32,000 nt of DNA, from the NCBI RefSeq assembly GCF_000172995.2, contig NC_014729.1, positions 1,980,001 through 2,012,000 on the forward strand. Direction: 5' to 3'. Both the position numbers and the translations under genes were made by a program. The stretch is from Halogeometricum borinquense DSM 11551 (lineage in GTDB: Archaea > Halobacteriota > Halobacteria > Halobacteriales > Haloferacaceae). Below are positions 15,956 to 21,667 of the stretch, in pieces. The notes under the pieces were generated by a model, which saw nothing but the letters and a program-made list of their open reading frames with translations, ran no database searches and was not told the DNA's origin. Every line of letters begins with the position of its first letter. Positions within the stretch are counted from its first letter, which is position 1.

Positions 15956-17433
15956 TGCGCCTGTCCGAACCAGACCATCGAGCAGTCTCCTCTACCCTTG
16001 CGGTCGTCCTGCTTCTCGGGATGACGCTCCTCGGTACGGGTATTATCGTCGGCGTCGGGTCTTCCGCGTTGTCAACGACCCAGCAGTCGGTGGACGCCGA
16101 ACGCGCAGAGCAGTCGATGACGCAGTTCGACGCGGTCACGGCGATGGTCGGATTGGGACAGACCGACCGCGAATCGCTCACGCTTCAGAGTTCATCTGAC
16201 GGCGGATACACCGTCTCGCCGGACGACGGGTGGCTCCGAATCAAACACTGGAACTACTCGGAAGAGAAAGACGAAGTCGTCTACAACGCCTCATTAGGGT
16301 CGGTCACGTACCGAACCGAGACCTCGGCGGTAACGTACCAAGGCGGTGGCGTCTGGCAGCGGAGCGACGGGGGTACATCGATGGTGTCGCCACCGGAGTT
16401 CCACTACCGCGACGCGACACTCACGCTTCCCGTCGTCCGCGTCCGCAACACGGATTCGGCCTCGGGTCGCGTTCGGGCCATCGTCTCGCGCCGTGACGAG
16501 GTGGCACGCGTCTATCCGCACCCGAAAGAGCCCGGCCCGGGATGGAAGACGTACGACGATGGTGTCGCAACGTACCGCAATCCGGTTCGCAACGGGTCGG
16601 TGAACGTGACCGTCCACAGCGAGTTCTACCGCGGGTGGGCGGAGTACTTCCGCACGCGTACCACCGGAAACGTCACTGTAGACCACGACGCCCGAACGGC
16701 GACGTTGGAACTGGCGACGGTGGGGATGGTTGGGGCGTTCGAACTCCCAGCGAAGAACGAGGGGATCGAAATTCGCGGCATGGCTTCCGGTCATCCCATC
16801 CGAGAGTTCGAGGTGTCGCTTGCGAAGTCGAACGGCGGCAACAACAACATGGACTTCTCGTTCTACACGACGAAAGGTTCGAAGGCGTACGAGACGGTGG
16901 TCCACGTCCCGAAAGGAATCGGGAACTACTGTAAGAACGGCAAGGAGGCCGATATGACGATGGTCGTCTACTACCGCAACGGAACCGGTACGCAACACGT
17001 CTGGGCGAACGACAGCATCCCGGCGGGAACCGGTCCCGTCAGCATCGATTGTTCGACCGAAACCATCGCGGTGAACTACACGAGCGACATGCCGCTGACG
17101 TACGACGGGACCGGGACGACAGATGAAACGGCGTTAACGTGGGACGATCCGGTCGATTCGTCGCCCTCGTTCAACCACTCGGGCGAAGACGGCGAGAATA
17201 CGACGTTCGTGCCGGGCGGCCAGACGACCAGTCGGCACCTGACCAGACACTATCTCAGCTTCTTCGCGCCGGAATTCGACCTGAACGCCTGGCACGGCCC
17301 CGGTAACAGCGGAAAAGCCCGCCTCGACGTGGACGAATCGACTGGGGAACTCCGGTACGACACCACAACGTCATCGCAGTACATCACGTTCCTCCACGTG
17401 ACCGAAAACAACGTCACGGTCGAGTTGTCGTAG
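15955..17433 (+). CDS. Pilin-like protein 5 (class III signal peptide), large 492-aa surface protein
   Basis: TAATG junction with the previous gene. MRLSEPDHRAVSSTLAVVLLLGMTLLGTGIIV. At least 10 N-x-S/T sequons in a beta-rich soluble domain. Confidence 0.75.
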   Translation: MRLSEPDHRAVSSTLAVVLLLGMTLLGTGIIVGVGSSALSTTQQSVDAERAEQSMTQFDAVTAMVGLGQTDRESLTLQSSSDGGYTVSPDDGWLRIKHWNYSEEKDEVVYNASLGSVTYRTETSAVTYQGGGVWQRSDGGTSMVSPPEFHYRDATLTLPVVRVRNTDSASGRVRAIVSRRDEVARVYPHPKEPGPGWKTYDDGVATYRNPVRNGSVNVTVHSEFYRGWAEYFRTRTTGNVTVDHDARTATLELATVGMVGAFELPAKNEGIEIRGMASGHPIREFEVSLAKSNGGNNNMDFSFYTTKGSKAYETVVHVPKGIGNYCKNGKEADMTMVVYYRNGTGTQHVWANDSIPAGTGPVSIDCSTETIAVNYTSDMPLTYDGTGTTDETALTWDDPVDSSPSFNHSGEDGENTTFVPGGQTTSRHLTRHYLSFFAPEFDLNAWHGPGNSGKARLDVDESTGELRYDTTTSSQYITFLHVTENNVTVELS

Positions 17434-17464
17434 TCTGCCTTCCGTTTCAGAGATTTCCGGCCAG

Positions 17465-18235
17465 TCACTCGAACGTCGTTTCGACGGTGACGCGAACGAT
17501 GGTGACGCGCGAGACATCGTCGAGACTACAGGAGATGTCCGTGGAGTCGTCCGTGTACGGGTCGCAGGTGAACCCTTCTGATTCGAGGTAGTCTCCCCAC
17601 GCGGGAGCGTACGGCGAGGTGACGTTAAATCGGAGTGTTACCGGCGTCTCCGTGCGCGTCAGGAGTGTCGATCGCGACGTTTTGACGGTTCGGATGCGGG
17701 CGATTCGCTCGCCGCCCACCTGTGTCGTCCCGCGCGGAACCGACCGGACGAGTTGCACGACTGCTCGGTCTTTGTCGAAGATGAAGTCCGGTTCGTGAGT
17801 CATGCGCGGCGGTCCGTTACCGTCCGTCCGCATCACCGCGCCAGTGGCGTATCTGACCTCTCCGGCGTCCTGAAGCGACATCACGACGGGCGAAAGCGAG
17901 ATACTGCCCGTCGAGTTGTTCATGTCCGAACCGGGTGTGGCTGGCGTCGTGTCCAGACTGACGTTCACCATCGTCTCGCCGTACCCGAGGGTCGAGTCGG
18001 ACAGTTTGAGTTCGGTCCCGCGGCTGGGTGCGCCGCGCCGCGCCACGTCAGCGACGTTGTCGGCGAACACCTCGAACGCGCGTTCGGCGTTGTTCACCCG
18101 TTCGAAATCCCGCGTCTCCCGAAGCTCCCCCACTCCGAAAGCGTACACCGTTCCGACAGACGCGATGACGAGACCGAATACGAGGACGAACCCCAGTACC
18201 TCACTCACGCCGCGACTGTCTGCCTGCAGAGACAC
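17465..18235 (-). CDS. Pilin-like protein 6 (archaeal type IV pilin N-terminal domain), convergent with the operon
   Basis: ORF 17465-18472. The in-frame GTG at 18235 gives (M)SLQADSRGVSEVLGFVLVFGLVIASVGTVYAFG, a textbook class III signal peptide. Upstream ORF residues lack any such context. Confidence 0.75.
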   Translation of the reverse strand: MSLQADSRGVSEVLGFVLVFGLVIASVGTVYAFGVGELRETRDFERVNNAERAFEVFADNVADVARRGAPSRGTELKLSDSTLGYGETMVNVSLDTTPATPGSDMNNSTGSISLSPVVMSLQDAGEVRYATGAVMRTDGNGPPRMTHEPDFIFDKDRAVVQLVRSVPRGTTQVGGERIARIRTVKTSRSTLLTRTETPVTLRFNVTSPYAPAWGDYLESEGFTCDPYTDDSTDISCSLDDVSRVTIVRVTVETTFE

Positions 18236-18257
18236 GCCGAATCCTTGGCCGAGGTGG

Positions 18258-18265
18258 TAATTAAG
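18258..18265 (-). promoter_or_regulatory. TATA-box-like element for pilin-like gene 6
   Basis: TAATTAAG (read on the + strand; minus-strand sense CTTAATTA) is centred about 27 nt upstream of the GTG at 18235, the spacing expected for a leaderless haloarchaeal mRNA. Sequence context only. Confidence 0.35.
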
Positions 18266-18316
18266 TGTAGTGTCGAAGGGGACAACCTTGATACTCTGTC
18301 GATTCAACAACGGGTC

Positions 18317-18655
18317 ATGCCCACTCGGTCGTCCGTCTCCTCGAACGAGGCTCGAATCGTACTCGTGGCACTCTGTTTTGGGATCTTGTCGTACAGTGTC
18401 TTCGTTGAGACCGCGATTCTGCTCGGCGTCATGTTCTGCGGCGGAGTCTTCGGATTGTACCTCGCATACCAACTAGTCGGGGCGTTCGTTCGGCTCGTCG
18501 ATTCCGTCGAACGTATCGCTGACGCGTTGGAAGGCTCAGACGGAGCAGATAGGTTGCGGACCGCCGTTCGAGACAGTCGGTCCCGAACCGACGACTCCCG
18601 AGACGACGGGTCTCGACCCGACAAGTCGCGGAGTCGCGTCGACGACCGCTGGTGA
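18317..18655 (+). CDS. Small 2-TM membrane protein with Arg/Asp/Ser-rich tail (hypothetical)
   Basis: ATG 18317 lies within ORF 17753-18655; the upstream part of that ORF is antisense to pilin gene 6. IVLVALCFGILSYSVFV and AILLGVMFCGGVFGLYLAYQLVGAF are two hydrophobic helices. GC3-rich codons. A TTGATACT element lies about 27 nt upstream. Confidence 0.45.
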   Translation: MPTRSSVSSNEARIVLVALCFGILSYSVFVETAILLGVMFCGGVFGLYLAYQLVGAFVRLVDSVERIADALEGSDGADRLRTAVRDSRSRTDDSRDDGSRPDKSRSRVDDRW

Positions 18656-18758
18656 CTCGCTTCAACTATTTTCCTTTCGGTGGGCGATACAGCGACCGTT
18701 TTCGGGATTTACTGCAGCGTTAATCACCGTTAGTTTCAATACCTGACATTATGGTGGA

Positions 18759-18962
18759 GTGACTGTGATAGTCCCCCTCTTCCCCGGCATTCCCGGCTTT
18801 CCAGAACTGATGATCATGCTGTTAATGTCGCTTCTCTACTTCGCTGTCCCTATCCTCATTATCGTCGCCGTCTACAACTATCTCGACGGAAAGCGCGCCT
18901 ACGACGAACGAATAACCGAGTTAGAACAGCGCGTAGCGGAACTGGAAGACCGACAGTCCTGA
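18759..18962 (+). CDS. Small membrane protein with TatA-like N-terminus and coiled-coil tail
   Basis: GTG start. (M)TVIVPLFPGIPGFPELMIMLLMSLLYF aligns with TatA TPLFPGIPGGPELLIVLLVLVLLF at 6809-7075, but the FG-x-x-K-x-P hinge is missing. The C-terminus is KRAYDERITELEQRVAELEDRQS. Confidence 0.6.
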   Translation: MTVIVPLFPGIPGFPELMIMLLMSLLYFAVPILIIVAVYNYLDGKRAYDERITELEQRVAELEDRQS

Positions 18963-19087
18963 GCGGATTCCTCCCGACGCCGAACTCTTTTCCCCCGGTT
19001 GAACGCTCCGGCGTAATCGTCTGTCTCGGAGACTAACGTCCGACTACTGGACAATTTACTAACTGCCGGTAACGGTGTACTCTCCCT

Positions 19088-20551
19088 ATGGCACGTGAAA
19101 ACTCACCATCACGACGTGACGTGTTGAAAGCGGGTGCTGCTGCGGCCGGACTCGCGGCATGGGGTTCGTTTCCGGCGGCGGCTGCGGACGCAACAGAGAT
19201 TGACGGGGGAACAAGTATTACAGAACCCGGAAACTACGTCCTCACGGAGGATATCGACGTTTCCCGGGGACCAGCGGCCATCGACGTTTCGGCCAGTAAC
19301 GTCACTATCGACGGACAGGGTCATACCGTCAGCAACGATGCCGGAGAATGCATCTCCATCTTCGTCGGCGCGGATAACGTGACGGTGAAGAACACTCGCG
19401 TATCGGGCGACCGGAACGGGTTCCTCGTCGCCGGAAACGACGCGACGCTGTTCAACAATCTCGTCTCGGGCAACGGGCGCAGTGGCATCCTGCTCTCCGC
19501 CGGAAAGCGCACGAAAATCGAAGCCTGCGTCGTTCGGGAGAACAGCCTCATCGGAATCTCTGGGAGCGACACCGAGGACCGCGGGAGCGCAGACGAGACG
19601 ACCGTTTTCACGTCTGTCGTCGCCGACAACGGTCTGGAAGGAATCCTTCTCCGGCGGACCGACGACGCCGCCGTCGAGCGCTGTCTCGTCTCCGGAAACG
19701 GAACGGACGATGCGACACGCGGTCACGGAATCGGACTCATCGACCGAACGCGCGACCTCAGATTGGCGAACAATCAACTGCTGTCGAACGTCGCAGACGG
19801 CGTTTCGTTCCGGACGAGAGATGCAGAGCGGACGCTGTTCGGTCTCAACGCCGTCGGCAACGCCGTTGCGAACAACGGATCGGCCGGGTTCGGATTCCGC
19901 GACCTCGTCAACGCCGATGTCGAGCAAAACGTGTTCGCACGCAACGGCCGCGGGGTCGAAGGTCGGTTCGACCGGTCGCACATTCGGGGGAATCAGTTCG
20001 TCGATAACGACTTCTCGGGAGCGTGCGTCCACTCGCTCGTCCGCGAAAACGGGTTTGTCGGGGACGGTGTGGCACTCAACGCGTTCGCACACAGCGAATT
20101 CCTCGAAAACACGATTATCGGAAGTTCGCAACACGGGTTCTCTACGGCCTTCGTTGAAGAGAGTACGTTCTCCTCGAACACGATTGTCGGGAGTATGGGT
20201 GACGGCGTCTGGACCGACGAGTTCTTCGGGAATGACGTTCGGTGGAACAATCTCTCGGGCAACAGCGGCAACGGGTTCACCACCGAGCAAGGGGTTGGTT
20301 CGACGTTCAAATTCAACGCAGTGACCGGAAACGGCGGCGACGGCCTCTCGCTCTCGGGATTCGACAACGACGACCCGGGCACGTATCTTGTCCGGAAGAA
20401 CACTACCAGCGCAAACGGCGGTGCTGGCATCCTCCTGATCGATACGGTAGACAGTCAAGTCACCCGAAACCGCGTCTGTGCGAACGCGGGCGGGAGTATC
20501 GAAACGCAAGGATTGGCGGATAACGTCATCGAGAACAATCAGATCTGTTAG
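19088..20551 (+). CDS. Tat-signal right-handed parallel beta-helix repeat protein (NosD/PbH1-like)
   Basis: MARENSPSRRDVLKAGAAAAGLAAWGSFPAAAA is a twin-arginine signal. It is followed by more than 12 units of about 22-24 aa of the type N-x-(V/I)-x-G-N-x-x-x-G-(I/F)-x-L (for example VSGNGRSGILLS, VADNGLEGILLR, VTGNGGDGLSLS, TSANGGAGILLI). Confidence 0.85.
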   Translation: MARENSPSRRDVLKAGAAAAGLAAWGSFPAAAADATEIDGGTSITEPGNYVLTEDIDVSRGPAAIDVSASNVTIDGQGHTVSNDAGECISIFVGADNVTVKNTRVSGDRNGFLVAGNDATLFNNLVSGNGRSGILLSAGKRTKIEACVVRENSLIGISGSDTEDRGSADETTVFTSVVADNGLEGILLRRTDDAAVERCLVSGNGTDDATRGHGIGLIDRTRDLRLANNQLLSNVADGVSFRTRDAERTLFGLNAVGNAVANNGSAGFGFRDLVNADVEQNVFARNGRGVEGRFDRSHIRGNQFVDNDFSGACVHSLVRENGFVGDGVALNAFAHSEFLENTIIGSSQHGFSTAFVEESTFSSNTIVGSMGDGVWTDEFFGNDVRWNNLSGNSGNGFTTEQGVGSTFKFNAVTGNGGDGLSLSGFDNDDPGTYLVRKNTTSANGGAGILLIDTVDSQVTRNRVCANAGGSIETQGLADNVIENNQIC

Positions 20552-20656
20552 TCGTCCACCGCAGTCTCTCGGACGTCTTTGGGTGCGGGTATCTTGAAGG
20601 GAGGTGGCTGAAGACGCTATCCCAGTGTACGACGAGAGATCAGTTGACTCGCCGGG

Positions 20657-20683
20657 AGTCCCGCGAGCGGAGCGAGTGGGACT
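20657..20683 (+). other. Hairpin with CGAGCGGAGCGAGT loop, nested in an inverted pair of tRNA-Ala acceptor-end fragments
   Basis: Stem AGTCCC (20657-20662) / GGGACT (20678-20683), loop GCGAGCGGAGCGAGT. Outer inverted repeat GACTCGCC (20645-20652) / GGCGAGTC (20686-20693). Confidence 0.55.
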
Positions 20684-20726
20684 ACGGCGAGTCCATTGAC
20701 TGACGGAACGAAGTGACGGAAGGAAA

Positions 20727-20751
20727 TGGACTCGCCGGGATTTGAACCCGG
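20727..20751 (-). repeat. Orphan duplicate of the tRNA-Ala 3' end (25 bp, exact)
   Basis: TGGACTCGCCGGGATTTGAACCCGG at 20727-20751 is identical to 20883-20907 (T arm, acceptor 3' strand and discriminator of tRNA-Ala). No matching 5' half can be folded. Confidence 0.85.
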
Positions 20752-20832
20752 AGTCAGACGTGCTCACTCACTTCGTTCGTTGCGCGCGACTGACAGGGCT
20801 TCAAATCCCGTCTCGGACAGTACACAGATACA

Positions 20833-20873
20833 CTCGACATACGCGGCTCGCTTCGCTCGCCGGTAGTGTCGAG
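20833..20873 (-). other. Hairpin just downstream of tRNA-Ala carrying the CGAGCGAAGCGAG motif
   Basis: Inverted repeat CTCGACA (20833-20839) / TGTCGAG (20867-20873). The 27-nt loop contains CTCGCTTCGCTCG (20847-20859), the reverse complement of 7284-7296. Confidence 0.55.
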
Positions 20874-20882
20874 AGAAATTAG

Positions 20883-20954
20883 TGGACTCGCCGGGATTTG
20901 AACCCGGGGCCTCTCCCATGCCAAGGGAGTGATCTACCCCTGATCTACGAGCCC
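20883..20954 (-). tRNA. tRNA-Ala (anticodon GGC)
   Basis: The reverse complement folds manually. Acceptor GGGCTCG/CGAGTCC with G3:U70, D stem GATC/GATC, anticodon stem CTCCC/GGGAG with loop TTGGCAT, T arm CCGGG-TTCAAAT-CCCGG, discriminator A. Confidence 0.92.
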
Positions 20955-21184
20955 TCGAACGCATCCAATCGTTTCCCGGTGTTGGTATTAAGGCCTTCGA
21001 CTCGGATTTCATACGGCCAGTGTCGCAACCCTTTTCAATCGGTCAAGGGTGGGTATACACGGGAACAGCACGGCCGCAAATCTGACTCGCCGCGCGGTTG
21101 CGCGGCTTGGGATTGCGGAAGTGCGCGACCATCACGGTCGCCAATCACGCCTTTCTGCGGTCTGTGCCGTTCCAATCTCTAACA

Positions 21185-21649
21185 ATGGCACGAATGCACA
21201 CCCGCCGCCGCGGGCAGTCCGGTTCGGACAAACCCGTGGCAGACGAACCCCCGGAGTGGAGCGACGTCGACGCTGAAGACATCGAGTCCCGCGTCGTCGA
21301 ACTCGCGGAGCAGGGCCACGAGCCCAGTCAGATCGGTCTGAAGCTCCGTGACGAGGGCGTCAAAGGAACGCCGATCCCGGACGTCAAGCTGGCGACTGGG
21401 AAGAAGATTACCGCCATCCTCGAAGAGAACGACGCCGCGCCTGAGCTTCCGGAAGACCTCCGGAACCTCATGGAGCGCGCTGTCCGACTCCGCGAGCACA
21501 TGGACGAGAACCCGCAGGACAAGCAGAACAAGCGGGCGCTCCAGAACACCGAGTCGAAGATTCGCCGCCTGGTGAGCTACTACCAGGGCGACGAACTCGA
21601 CGAGGACTTCACCTACAGCTACGACGTCGCCGTCGAACTCCTCGACTAA
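21185..21649 (+). CDS. rps15: 30S ribosomal protein S15 (uS15)
   Basis: MARMHTRRRGQSGSDKP...SQIGLKLRDEGV...NPQDKQNKRALQNTESKIRRLVSYY is the archaeal S15/S13e signature. Confidence 0.92.
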   Translation: MARMHTRRRGQSGSDKPVADEPPEWSDVDAEDIESRVVELAEQGHEPSQIGLKLRDEGVKGTPIPDVKLATGKKITAILEENDAAPELPEDLRNLMERAVRLREHMDENPQDKQNKRALQNTESKIRRLVSYYQGDELDEDFTYSYDVAVELLD

Positions 21650-21667
21650 CGCAACCACTCGGCCGTA

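Noticed and set aside
7750-17433. Archaellum (fla/arl) operon
   Set aside because: It has the ATPase and a FlaJ-like platform. It lacks archaellin-type conserved N-termini, FlaF/FlaG, FlaH (KaiC-like) and FlaC/D/E. The pilin-like genes follow rather than precede the ATPase/platform pair. It fits a pilus-like (Tad/Pil-type) locus instead.
17753-18316. N-terminal two thirds of the 300-aa + strand ORF 17753-18655
   Set aside because: It is antisense to pilin-like gene 6 and has a His/Arg/Val-rich junk-like composition. Only the part after ATG 18317, outside the pilin gene, looks protein-like.
19109-20767. 552-aa ORF on the minus strand, the longest ORF in this part of the window
   Set aside because: It is exactly antisense to the beta-helix gene. 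Its translation is Arg/Ser/Pro/Val-rich with no recognisable motif, and it runs through the tRNA-fragment region. This is a typical shadow ORF of high-GC DNA. The + strand gene has a Tat signal and regular PbH1 repeats.
20727-20880. Possible second tRNA, for example an intron-containing tRNA as known for haloarchaeal tRNA-Trp/Met, ending at 20727
   Set aside because: Only the T arm and acceptor 3' strand are present, identical to tRNA-Ala. I could not find a complementary 5' acceptor strand (GGACTCG or G-U variants), a D arm or an anticodon arm within 150 nt upstream. It is therefore called an orphan 3' fragment.
7275-20882. Prophage, ICE or integrated plasmid
   Set aside because: tRNA borders and att-like repeats are present. 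However, I found no integrase, transposase, replication, capsid or conjugation genes in any frame, and gene composition matches the flanks. Only an accessory segment with possible ancient scars can be supported.
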